Shown here in pieces: positions 1 to 12,361 of a DNA stretch of 64,000 nucleotides. The DNA lies in contig NC_042997.1 of assembly GCF_006345805.1 (NCBI RefSeq), positions 79,050,001-79,114,000 of the forward strand. Direction: 5' to 3'. The notes under the pieces are model-generated. The model did not search any database and was not told the DNA's origin. It saw only the letters and a program-made list of their open reading frames with translations. The first letter of the stretch is position 1, and each line of letters starts with the position of its first letter. This stretch comes from Octopus sinensis. Its lineage: Eukaryota. A program made the position numbers and the translations under genes.

Positions 1-830
1 ACTAAATGAAATAAAATCTTGGTTCAATGACAGATCGATCAAGTTATTAAAGTTTTAACGTTGTTGGTAACAATATATTCTCTCTTTTAATTGAAAATTG
101 AAAAAGAGAGAAAATGTGAGGGGAATATATTTTGGTGGTAATGACTAAACCCTTTGTGCCATTATCACAATTACAAAGCATTTCAGAAGTGTAACATTGT
201 GCAAGTTCATTTCTGTAAATGTTTTTCTTGCCCACCCCCCTGCACATATACACATGTGGATACACATGGACGAAGTCCCATTTTGGAAGTATGTTAAAGT
301 TTTTATTATTTTGGAATGAAGAACACAAACATAGGTGCTGAGTCAGTGACTAAATTTGTATTTTGTTAGGATTAATCCAATGAATTGACAGCAAGGTAAT
401 TGCTGCCATCAGAATCGTTTACTTTTAAGGTGAAAAAACAAAACTGACATACACGACAGATATGTAAAATATATTTCTATGTACTTCTTTCTCTGTTCAT
501 GTGGATAAACTGCAGAAATTGTTGCCTGCACGCACACACAAACACAAAAATTCTCCAGGTGTTTAGCTGTTATTTTTATCATATCGAGTTTTATTACATA
601 ACAGAAGTGCTTATTTTCATTTCACTTAGCAACAATTATTATTATTTTCATCAACTCAAGATCTACGTGACTTAAGGTGAGCCTGATCACTGAAAATTTT
701 GGGGTCTTGCAATTTGTTATTGTTTGGTGAGCCATGTTGTAAATTCAAGGTGATGATTATATTGTAGTTGTTCCTTGTTATGAAATTAATACATTTTTTG
801 CTTATAAAAATGCATATAATTTATTAATTA

Positions 831-1190
831 CTAGCACTATGACCCGGCAATGCCGGGTCATAATGCTAGTGCATGCATATACAGCTACGTGCGCACATAC
901 ATGTGAGTACTGGCCAAATCTCCGACCAATCACATACAGCTAGCTGGCATTCAATTGGTGTATCAAGTTTCGGGCATTTTGATTGAGTTTTGGATAGAAA
1001 ATTCACAAAAATGTCACTTCTATTGATTTTTTAATGACTTTGTTGGGTGACTGGGGAAATGTAAAGATGTGCACGACCACCCTTGGACGGTTTTGAATGA
1101 CCATAGAAAGTGCGAGCCCTCTAACTGAGAAATTGTGGATTTGTATAAAGGACACACACGCAGACATTTTGCCATTTATATATAGAGAGA
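831..1190 (-). mobile_element. Non-autonomous Helitron
   Basis: Minus strand starts A|TCTCTCTATATATAAA and ends with hairpin ATGACCCGGCA-T-TGCCGGGTCAT followed by CTAG|T, i.e. canonical TC...hairpin-CTAG termini in an AT target. Confidence 0.75.
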
Positions 1191-2119
1191 TTGCAAGAAA
1201 ATAAATTTGAATAAAAAAAATAACTTTATTTTCTTTAAAAAAATTCCAAATTCGCTTGATAGAATATAGACATTTCTGGCTGTGTCTCTGTGGGCAGTAC
1301 TGAAGTCATGTAGTAAAGCTGTTCAGAAAAGGCATTGGTTAAAAGTGCTTATGTTCTGCAACTTATTTTTTAACTTTAATATTTAATTAATAAAGTTATT
1401 TTTAATATGCTATTGCACTTAAGTAATTTTAACTTTTATTATTAATTTTCTCTTTCAGCCTTACTGCTTTTTTTTTTTTTTTTGCTAATTTCTTTTTAGT
1501 TGCTTTCCTTTTGCTTTTTAGCTAATTATTTAATCAGGCTAGTTCATTAATGTGTTATATGCTTCAGATATACACATCTAATTTTATTGGGGAAAGAATA
1601 AAGTCATTTTTGGCTGTGTCTCTATGTGCAGACCTGAAGGCATGTAGTAAGGCTGTCCAGAAAAGGCATTGTTATAAAGTGATTATATTCTAAACTTATT
1701 ATTTAATAGCGAAATAAAAATTAAAGGGATTTTCATATATCTACTTTTGTATTATGGGAATGTAGGTAATTTTCACTTGTGTAAATCTGATATGCTTTCA
1801 TAATTACTGTTGTAATGAATCATTATTGATAGATCTAGATCAGCAGCAGTCATTGCTATTATCACCAACTCAAAATCTAGGTTACTTAAGGTGAGCCTGG
1901 TAACTGGTGGTTTTGGGGTCTTGTTGTTTGTAACTGATTGGTGAGCCAAAGTGTAACCTTCAAGATGGTAAAATTCTCTGCCATTAATTTGGTGTGGATA
2001 GGTAATATCAATAGCTGTTGCTCCTTGAAAGTTTATCAAGTTCAATTTTCAATAAGGTAAAATCTTAAATTTTTAATTGATGCATTATCAAATTAGCATA
2101 ATAGCATAGCCTGGAAAAA

Positions 2120-3335
2120 ACATGAATTACATGGGAAAATGTGAGCAAGAGAAATAATATTCTTAAGATTATAAACCTGGACAAATTATTACACTTTGAA
2201 AAGTTCAGGACAAGTTATTAAGTCTGGTAAAGTACAGAACAAGAAAATTTTTACTTAAAATATTGCAGCTAAGGATAAAATTTGAATATTAAAAATCATT
2301 TGATTTTAATTTACAAAGTAGCATTATTATTAAAAAGGTACCGTCATTTTGGTAAAATATTGACCCTCTACAATACTTAAAAAATGAGAGCCAGAAGTAC
2401 CAATATAGTTTTATGCAAAGTAGTATAGTATAAGGCAAATTCATCATATAAAAAATAGGCGTTGGGTCAAGACTAAAAATGTGAAGACTTGATTAATAAC
2501 TTAGGCAATAACTCAAGCAAATTTTACTGAGAATTTGTTGTTATAGGTAGGTTTTACTGTAATATATAACTATTTTTTTTATTATTCTATTTATTGTACT
2601 AATTATGTACTACTATTATTTTTTATAGCCTATTTTCAAATTTCTAATTATTAATTACGGAGATGTACTTGCATAGCAAGTGACCTGATCTGAGATTGTG
2701 TGCTGGAATGAAAACAATTGCAGCATGGAAAGTGTTTACAAGCCATTCAAGAAACGCACAAAAACCGTTAGATTCACTTCAACATTTAAATTTAATTTGC
2801 CAAAATATTTTCATCGCTTTGAAACTGCGACATTTTCACTGACAAAATTGATGCATTAAATTGTAAATTGATGCAGCACAGAATTTTGTCAGTGAACAGG
2901 TCATGGTCACAAATCGACGAAAATATTTGGCAAATTAAATTTGAATGTTGAAGTGAATCTAATGGTTTTTGTGTGTTTCTTAAATGGCTTATAAACACCT
3001 TCCATGCTGTATTAATAATCAAAAAACGAATTTTTTTAAAGGGCAGAAAATATCTTGAGTTATTTTTAATTTTTAATAGAAGTAAAAAGTAATAGCAAAT
3101 AGAAGTAATATCCTGTAATAAAATTTTTAGTTTTAATAAAAGCTAATATTTTCTAAATCTGAATATTTTATTTGAGATTTTATCCTTAGCTGCAATACTT
3201 TAAGTAAAAATTTTCTTGTTCTGTACTTTACCAGATATAATAACTTGTCCTGAACTTTTCAAAGTGTAATAATTTGTCCAGGTTTATAATCTTAAGAATA
3301 TTATTTCTCTTGCTCACATTTTTCCATGTAATACA
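2120..3335. repeat. Nested inverted repeat: ~160-bp outer arms (2120-2280 / 3175-3335) around an inner inverted pair (2720-2850 / 2880-3010)
   Basis: Outer arms are near-exact reverse complements (e.g. cttaagattataaacctggacaaatt vs aatttgtccaggtttataatcttaag). The inner pair belongs to a dispersed repeat also present at 42200-42410. Confidence 0.8.
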
Positions 3336-3569
3336 TGTGTGTGTGTGTAAAGTAAAGTATGGAACTGGTAAAATACAAACAATGAGCCAATAGTGTATAT
3401 TTATTAAGCGTATTGTGCCATTTTTACCTGATTTTTCACTTGTGGCATTTTTACCTAAATTCTACTGTAAATAGAAATAAGTCACAAATACCACGAAAAT
3501 ACATTTTTTTTTTTGTGCAAAGCATTTTAGCAAAGAACTTGATATATGTGTGTATACTCATATATGATA

Positions 3570-4720
3570 GGCATCCATCGGTCTCGAAACACCATGAAGA
3601 TTTTTGTCAGCTGCGGTTGGTGGTGCAGTGTCTGCTGTGGCTGTACAGGTCCACACTGGAATGGCAATTTTGCATGCAATGACTGCTTTTGATGATGCTC
3701 TTCATTTGCGCTACTGAGTTTTCTTTCCTTTGGTAGTAAGTTTCAGTTCCTCTTACAGGAGGTCTTTTGGGATTCTCTCATCTAGCATACGATACACGTG
3801 ACTGAGCCAGTGCTGTTGGAGCAGGGTAAATATGTTGGGTATCTAGACATGGTTGAGGATGTCAGTGTTGATGACTCGCTTGGTCTACTTGTTATCCAAG
3901 ATGGGTCTGAAGGCTATGAAAGTGGAAGACGTTGAGACACCACTACTGTCTGGAGTAAAGACTGCATGTCTCACTGCTGTAGTGTACTGAGGATGCAGGC
4001 CTTGTAGACTGCAATATTGGTGTTTGTGGTCAGTTTTCTGTTCTCCCAGACACTGGTAAATGTGGAGGTTGCTCGTCTGCCTCACCTATTGATCTCAGGG
4101 TCTGAGGAGAGGTTATCAGTGGTGGTAAAACTGAGGTTGGTGAATTCATAGACTACCTCCAGTTCGTAGTTATTGACGGTGATGTGTGTGTGCGTGGAGC
4201 AGGGTCTTTGGCACATTGGCCCAGAACGTTGGTTTTCTTCAGACTGATAGTCGGGTTGAATTCCTGACAGACTCTTGAAAGTTTGTTCTTGAGGTGCTGC
4301 ATTTGCTCCTCAGAATGTGCTGTCAGTGCTGCATAGTTTGCAAACAGCATTTCTCTAATGAGAATTTGACAAACTCTAAGCCCCATGCACCCAGTAGAGC
4401 AAGTGGGCTGTGACAAGAAAAGACCTAACTAGCTGGGGGCTGCCCAGCTGGAGGTGCATAGTAGCTGACCAGTCAGGTACAATGGCTTCTTTCTCTGTTG
4501 GAAGTAGCCCCTGGTGCCTTGCTCCCACATCAAACCTTTTGATGGCTGCTTTCCATGTTTTGCCACCACAGTGAGGCAACGCTGGACAGTCCTCTCCAGG
4601 ACACAGGCCTGGGCAGGGTTATATGGGAGATCGGCAGTTGCCCATAAAGCATGTCTCTCCTCTCCATCATCACCAGTGTTGTACAAGAGAAGGAAGGGCA
4701 GGGGTCACAGTTGCCTGAAC
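3570..4720 (-). mobile_element. Decayed, internally deleted RTE-clade LINE
   Basis: Remnant IREMLFANYAALTAHSEEQMQHL...FNPTISLKKTNV matches the RTE RT LFADD region; RTE-like 3' end near 3575 and putative 5' UTR sequence at ~4440-4720. Confidence 0.65.
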
Positions 4721-4745
4721 AAGGTTGGATATACCAGAAAAAATA

Positions 4746-4990
4746 TTAAGGTGTGGCAGCTGCTAAATTGGTGTCATGTACAGCTTCGTCTTTTGGGCTG
4801 GGAGAACATGTGGGTTGCAAAGCACAGGGTTCATTATGGGGAACAACTGAGCGTGTGTAACTTACAGATTGAGCTTCTGCCGTCTCCAGTGTCTGTGCTT
4901 GAATGAAGGCCTGATCAAGGTCTAAGTTATCCTTTCCCAATAACCATTGGTGTATGTTACTGGAATGCATATCACTGATGAAGGCATCTC
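4746..4990 (-). pseudogene. Gypsy-type gag remnant
   Basis: (R*)DAFISDMHSSNIHQWLLGKDNLDLDQAFIQAQTLETAE resembles the Gypsy gag motif IRDAFISGL..IRQRLLE...L..A...A..LE.A. Confidence 0.55.
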
Positions 4991-5039
4991 ATAGCTTCAT
5001 AGAGATCCAGCATGATAACAAGAGGTAACAAGGCTGACC

Positions 5040-5200
5040 CTTGGAAATACAGGTACTATCCATTTTTGTCAGCTGAGTGGACTGAAGCAATGTGAAATAA
5101 AGTGTCTTGCTCAAAGATATGTGCCGCTGGAAATTGAACTCACAATCAAGACCTTACGATCATGAGCTGAATATCCTAACCACTAAGCCATGTGCTTTCA
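5040..5200 (-). mobile_element. tRNA-derived SINE fragment
   Basis: Minus-strand head with A box (tggcttagtgg) and B-box-like gagttcaatttcc. Confidence 0.6.
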
Positions 5201-7619
5201 CATACATACATATATACATACTACACTACACTATACTACCTATCCTTTGTTCCCCTATACATCTACCACAAAAACCACCTCACTCCCTATGTTACCCATA
5301 ATTTTTGCAGCATCTCATACCAACTACTTTTCTTTGTTCTTTTCCTTTTAAGTGAGGTGTTTATATACTGTGGGGGTTTTAAGAGTAGAAGCTGATGCAT
5401 CTGATGGATTTAAATGTTGGTGATATTCAGATTGCTGAGTCAAATGAACTTTTGCAGCAGTGAATCACTGAGGAAATAGTTATTGAGTGTTGGTTCGTGA
5501 ATGTTTGCTGATCACCGTGTGATCTTATTGGCATGAGTTAAGAATGCTTATAAATTTATTAGCTCATCAATACTGTAATGTGTATCATAATTACGTTCTA
5601 AGACGGTGTCACTGTTATACAGACATTCCAGACTAAATTGAAAAAAGCCCTCTAATTCATTTGTATGAAATTGCTCACCAGCACACTCTAATTTACAAGC
5701 TTAGTTTCTTCCCTTTGCCTTTTATATCACTTTTTTTATGGCCTCATCCCCTTGAAACTGGCTGGCCTTGTGCCACCTTCATTTCGGAATTTCTAAGTCA
5801 TTGATAATTTTATTTCTCATGTAACCCACACTGCATCTTCCCCTCGGTTCATTCTAACCACTTTGTGCCAACTCTCCTCAACATAACGTCAGCTCTCTAG
5901 AAATTTTTTTCTGTGGCCATCAACTTGTAGCTGCCCAAGAGAAATGCATTGATGAAGGCCAGCAAAGACTAAGGGTACACTCGTTTCATTTAGGCCAACC
6001 CAATAAAAAAGAAAGGAAGAAAAGAAAAGAAAAGGTAACAGTTCTCAGAACTTGAATTTTGTTTTGCATCTGAAAAATCTAACCTTTTCGATACTGCCTT
6101 GATTATGTTACGAAATGTTTGGTCATCATGAATTGCCATCAGAGATCTATTAGTGTGCGTGACAGCCTTGCCAGGATATTGTTTATATGAATAGGTGTTG
6201 AAATGTGTAGTGACAGTGTTTTGAAAATTTAGAATGAGATTAAACTCATGAATGTTATTAAAATATCTGTTGATAGAAATGTTTATGTGTGAATGACACC
6301 TGTATACCAAAAGTTATCAAGTAGTAGAGAATACATTAGGTGTCATAAGTAACAATGACTGATTCTTCAATGCTCAAAAGAAATAGTTTTGGATATGTAA
6401 CTTGCTGGGTCTGGAAAGAAGGAGCAGTATCTCTAGTTTTCACAGGCCCACTTAGACTGGAAAACTGATTCTGTTAATGTTCCTCTTGAGCTGTTGCAAG
6501 TCATTGCCTGTGGAAAAATCATGAGCAAGGAGGGAATTCTAGAAGGCCAATGTTCTTGGAAGAAAGGACTTGGCTTAGTGATTAAGTGCTGGTCTAGGTA
6601 CGTTGGGCACAAGGGTGATAAGAGGAGGAACGATAAGTGGGTCAAGTAGAGACCATTATAGTTACACTAGAAGAGACAGAGTGGTGATACCACATCTGTA
6701 GGACAAGACTAGAGAATACCTGTGAATAACTTTATACAAGTTGGATGGACACTGTATTTCCAAAACATCAAGGTAATTCCTGTTGAGAGGGAGAGACTGA
6801 AGTGTCTTAAGAGGATGGGGAATATTTATGGAGTGAAATATTTGAGGCCTTGTTGATTTCAAGTGATTGAAGGTGTTTTCACATGTCATTTTCCACGGTT
6901 TAGGTAAACACTACCCAATTCAGGGGGTAGATGAGTTTCTCCAGGCATTTCAGGACTTGTTTTTTGCCTGAACAGTTTCAGACTTTGCTAATTTGTCATA
7001 GCTCTCTGGTGTGTGATGTAGGAAAGTAAATAGACAGTGAATGAGGTTCCACAGAGGGCACACAGTATGAGAAAGGCTTTGATTAATTAATTTATATATT
7101 TTGCTAAAATATTTGTTATTGTTCATCATCGTGAGAATCAGTTGAGTTGTGAATGCCCTAGATAAGAGTAGTTCCATTTCTGTGTGTATACAATGTATTA
7201 GATTTTTGAAAAGATAAGTGAATAATGAAACCTTTATTAAGCAAGATACAAAATGTGTTGGAAATATAACACTATGTCAATGCAGCTGTTGGCTTATTTC
7301 TAAGCATGTAAACTTTTTGTGAACAGTAATGAAATTATATCAATAATGCAGTTATTCTACAAAAGATAAAAAGATAAACAGCCAGAAGATAGAGAAACTG
7401 TCTTCATAAATTTAGAATTTCCAACTTAAAGCAGACTGAGATGCTTGTTCTGATTCTTGTTATATGTCAAAAAAATATCTCTTGCAAAACAAGCATTAGT
7501 TTTTCTGGTTCTAATAAATATTTAATATCCATATGGTCTTTTTCTTTGAACATTCCATGTAAAAACAAATTTTCATCACTGGAATTTAGACAACAGCAAT
7601 TTTTTTATTCTTTTATTCT

Positions 7620-8010
7620 TTAACTTGTTTCAATCATTTGATTGTGGCATTGCTGGAGCACCACCTTGAAAGGTTTTAACCAAACAAATCGACCCTAGAA
7701 CTTAATTTTAAAGCTTACTACCTATTCTATCGGTCTCTTTGCTGAACCACTAAGTTATGAAGGCGTAAACACACCAATGCCGGTTGTCAAGCAGTGAGAA
7801 GTGGGGGATAGATACAAAGACATGCACACACATAGATATATACATATATTTATGATGGGTTTCTTTCAGTTTCCATCTATCAAATCCACTCACAAGGCTT
7901 TGATTAACCCAAGGTTATTGTAGAAGACACTTGCCTAAGCTGTCACGTAGTGACACTGAACCCATAACCATATGGTTGGGAAGCAAGCTTCTTACCACAC
8001 AACCATGCCT
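7620..8010 (-). mobile_element. tRNA-derived SINE (same family as 28581-31000)
   Basis: Minus-strand head ggttgtgtggtaagaagcttgcttcc...gggttcagtg; the body aligns with the copy at 30647-31000. Confidence 0.8.
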
Positions 8011-8449
8011 GTGCCTGAATTGTAGAAAGCTCTTGGATATTATCAAAGCCCTCCATAGTGACTGAACTTACTAAGTTAGATGGTCGCTTTCTTTATCTCA
8101 AGCCTTCAGTTTTCGAGCTAATTACTCAATCACTTACTGATATTGTCAATAACATAAAAGAATATGTAGCAGAAGTATGTTCACAGTGTGCCTGTTTTCT
8201 GCAAGTGGTCACATGGCATGGTCATACATCGAGCTAGCCCTTCTGGCTCTCATCCCATTACGTGACAGACCAGTCGAGTGCAGGAAATTTATGCCTCTCT
8301 GCTGGGAGCCTACCCTTAGCTATAGAAGGAAGCCTTTCTCGCAATGTCTTTAGTGAGGTGGGTTTACACATTCAAGTTCAGATCTGTGATGGAGAGCAAA
8401 TTTATTTCGTATGCGGCCTCCTCTATTCTTTGACACATACATTTGTACC

Positions 8450-9420
8450 TGTCCTCCATTTGTTTTCCTATTTTACATTGCATACATCATCATTATGTAC
8501 CAACTGCATGTGAAACCACTGTGTATATATTCTGACCATTCTTTCAAGATGTATCCCAACAGCTTTGCCATGTTAATACTCTTTAACAGATTGAATAAAC
8601 TGTCGCATTTTATCTTCCTGGTTTTTCTGTTTCTTCCTTTATCTACATGCACATGTATATTGGAATTCAAACCAGCTTTATCTATCAACACTAAATCACA
8701 CCATTAAAAATATGAGCATTAACTTAAATAAGCTGAATTGAGAAGTTGTAGGTTCCACTTTCTTTGGATGAAATTTATGTGCACTCAATATCATTTTTTT
8801 AAATATCCTAAAGAAACTTTTCTACGACTAGCATTGTATATTGTGTTTAGAAACAATATCCTGCCATATTAGAAGATAATACCTTTGGAACATATATGGA
8901 GTAGCTGATCATTTACATAACATCTTTGACAGAGATGTGACATATTCGATATCTTTTTTATCTTATCTTAGGGCCTTAAAGGCTTCAGTCTCTTTTTTAT
9001 TCAACATCTATTTCGTAGTTATCTCTCATTCCCTATACTGGAATATAAAGGATTAAGAGATTATTTATATTAGAATACAAAGACCAAGAGATTATTTATA
9101 CTGGAATATAAAGAATATGAGACAAATGAGAGAACAAAGTCCTTCAACTCCCAAGAGAGAATATTTTATATATTACATCTTAGATTACATCTCCTGTGGA
9201 TGGCATTCTATGTTGTTTATGTTAAAATAGGAGCCGAATATGTTGATGACATTTTCAGGCAGCTGTTGATCATATATGGAATGGGTTCCACAGATATGTG
9301 ACATTTTCAGTCGTAGCTTTGTTTAAAGGCCATCAAGAAATAATACTTTAAGGATAAAACCAGTATACCAGTACAAACACATCACTATCTTGGTTTTGGA
9401 TTGCAAAAGCATAAAATTCT
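8450..9420 (-). mobile_element. Highly decayed R4/Dong-like non-LTR C-terminal region
   Basis: Scattered minus-strand remnants FAIQNQD, QRYYLLIWQDIVSK and DLVLIDK resemble the region between RT and the restriction-like endonuclease; many stops and frameshifts. Confidence 0.35.
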
Positions 9421-9433
9421 TTGAGTGAAATAA

Positions 9434-11450
9434 CGCTGGGCAACAAAAATATTTTTTTGTCTGATGCCTGGAATATTTCAATGAATTCCTAAGTGATTTT
9501 GCCTGCTAAATTCAAAAATAACATCAGTTTTTCTCTATCAGGTCTAGTTTTCTGACTAGACCTGATAGAGTATTCTATTCATACAATAAAAAATTTTTTT
9601 TGTGTCCGGTGCTCTGAATATTTCAACGAGTGCATTTTCAATTTTGAATTTTAATTTGTATTTCATTTTGTTTTGTGTTACACTCTCTTTGTTGATTCAT
9701 ACTATATGCCTTTTGTATGAATAAAATACTTACTCTATCAGGTCTAGTTTTCTGACTAAACCTGATAGAGTAAGAATTTTATTCATACAAAAGACATATA
9801 GTATGAATCAATAAAGAGAGTGTAACACAAAATAAAATGAAATACAAATAAAAATTGAAAATGCACATTGGTTAAGATTTTTGGTTGAAAATTCAAGGAA
9901 TAAATTTCTGCTTCTTTGTACACTGTGAATGTTGAGCAACAGGAGTATCTCATTTTAAACACCAGCAATAGTCTGCCATCATCACAGTATCCCAACGTCC
10001 TTGGTACCAAGTTTCCATCTCCTTGATGTTTTGATGGAATCGTTTGCCTTGTTCATCGCTAACATCTCCGAGATTTTCAGGAAAACAATCAAGATTAAAT
10101 GCATTTTAATGCTCATATTCACACCAATATTATGAAAAGTTGATATCAAGTTGGTAACAAGGTCTTTATAGTTTGCACCTTTGTGTTTCCCAAGGAAATT
10201 TTGCACTACTTCTGCAAAGGCTAGCTGAGCTGATGCTTCATTTTCGCTCATTACTTTCATGAAATTTGTGTCCTTCAAGAGCTTACGGATCTGTGGTCCA
10301 TCAAAAATCCCTGCTTTAAGTTTTTCAATTGTCAAGTCTGGAAATACACTGCAGACATACTTGAAGCACTCACCATTTTTATCAAGAGCTTTGACAAATT
10401 GTTTCATCAATCCAAGTTTGATGTGAAAAGGTGGGAAAATGATCTTATCTCACTCAACTAAAGGTTCTTCCAATATATTGGCAGCTCTACATGGAGCCAT
10501 ATTTGTTCCAGGCAGCCAGTCTTTCTTAACATAGTGGTTTTCTTGGCCTCTACTGTCCCACATGCAAAGAAAGCATAGGTAATTGGTATAACCAGATTGA
10601 TGTCCCATGAGAAAATTCACCATCTTTAAGTCAAAGCAGATGACCCATTTATGATCATGATACAGTATCTTCTCTAAAACCAACTTAATTTCTTCATATT
10701 TTTCCTTCAGAGTTGTCGAGTGGCCGAGTGGGACAGAGCCATACATATTTCTGTTGTGCAACAATACACATTTTAAACTACGCCTAGAGCTGTCTATGAA
10801 AAGACGCCATTCCTCTGATTTTCATGCCGACTCTGATAAAATGTTATATAGACACCATTCTCTAGAAGATTCTTCTCTTTCAGTCTGGAAGCCAGCAGTT
10901 CTGCAGAATTTTTTGGGAGGTTCAAGTCACAAACTAGATCATTCAACTCTACCTGGGAGAATAGCTTAGGCAAAGTCTCAACTGAAAAGTCTTGATCTCC
11001 AGTGTTTTCTTCAGGTGATGGCTCTTCTTTGGTTGAAGGTAAAGTTATCTGAGGCAAAACATTGAAGACAGGAACAGAAAGCTCTTCACTGTGTGGGACC
11101 AGTCTAATAGCAGAAGCAAGATTAGGATAGACAAGTGTTTGTTGGTTTTTCCGGTTAATACCCTTCAAATTTAGGTTACAAAAATAGCAATCGTCCACGT
11201 AATTATAGGGCTCTTGCCATACCATTGGTATAGCAAACTTCATACACTATGCGGTGCCCAATATTTATCTTGGTCTCGCAGCTTGACCCTAAAATATGCC
11301 ATATGCGCTCTTTCAACAAAATCAGTGATGTTTTTTTGATTTTCAGGTGTGTATTCTTCACAAACATAACAAAACACATTTGGAGAATTAACGCAACACT
11401 TTCTTGAATAGGGCATCTTGCTCATTTTCTGTTGCTTATGTAGTGAACGA
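9434..11450 (-). mobile_element. Decayed Chapaev3-type (CMC superfamily) DNA transposon with disrupted DDE transposase
   Basis: ORF pieces CCVNSPNVFCYVC...WAPH, FAIPMVWQEP..DCYFC, ELNDLVCDLNLPKNSAELLASRL, WRLFIDSS, DLKMVNFLMG..SGYT..CFLCMWDSR, GIFDGPQIRKL, SDEQGKRFHQ. Terminus cgctgggcaacaaaaa (CACTG-type) preceded by TAA at 9431-9433. The other end was not found. Confidence 0.8.
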
Positions 11451-11629
11451 CCATATGTAAAGGAGTTGGTGACAGAAATGTCTCCTTTTAAATGCCAGGC
11501 AGTCGCCTACAAAAGAATATAGGCTATGTATGTAAAGAAATAAGGAGTGCCAGTAAAGAATAAGGTGAAAAACACAACCATTCTACTTATTGTTTGAGAG
11601 AAAGAAGACTATTTACAGATGTGTACATA

Positions 11630-12350
11630 GGGATCTTTTCACTTTGACCGGCAGATTTTTAAAATAAGTTCTTTGTAACTAAACACTTTTAAACTTCGTA
11701 TACTGGTAGAATGTGTTACATAAAACATCTTTTTCTCTTGGCTTTCTTGAGAAAATTCTGTAAGTTTGTAAGCTATTTGTTGTTAAATTTCTTGCATTTC
11801 GGCAATTTCAACCAATCAATGACGTCTATTGAGGTGAATACAATTTCTGCTGTTGTTTGTCAACAACAATTTCCTGTGGTGTCTACTCAGTTTGTCACTG
11901 TTATTTATGACCTATTTCATATCAGTTACGTTCATATGAATAAAAGATTATCGTTATTAAACTTTTATTAATAAACACATATTCTAAGTTCACAACATAT
12001 GCAGTTTTAATTTCCCTCTCTGTTGCACAGATACACACATTACATATATATTCGTTTAAGAAACAGATTGGGTTTATTTACATTTCTGAAGAAAAAAGAT
12101 ACCCTTCCCCCCACCCCTAACCCTAAAACAGATTGAAATGCAACAGATCGATACTAGGGTCATAATTATGGGTGGACACTAAATGAGGGAACGGTTTTGT
12201 TATCCAGCTCTGTTTACGAGTGACCCCTCAGTTTATGGCCACACACGTGTATTTGTTTACATTTGAAGAAGATCGTCACTTTCCGTAAAATTTTAATTTT
12301 TTTATATATGTGGGTTTAGAGTTAGGGGTGGGGAAGGGTATCTTTTTTCT
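11630..12350. mobile_element. MITE-like element, rearranged copy of the 33866-34293 family in opposite orientation
   Basis: Begins with TIR gggatcttttc; the body is the reverse complement of 33866-34293; internal inverted pair 12090-12128 / 12315-12349 with ccctaa/ttaggg motifs. Confidence 0.65.
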
Positions 12351-12361
12351 CATAAATGGTC

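Noticed and set aside
6390-6950. Possible decayed LINE endonuclease region on the minus strand
   Set aside because: No motif could be recovered with confidence.
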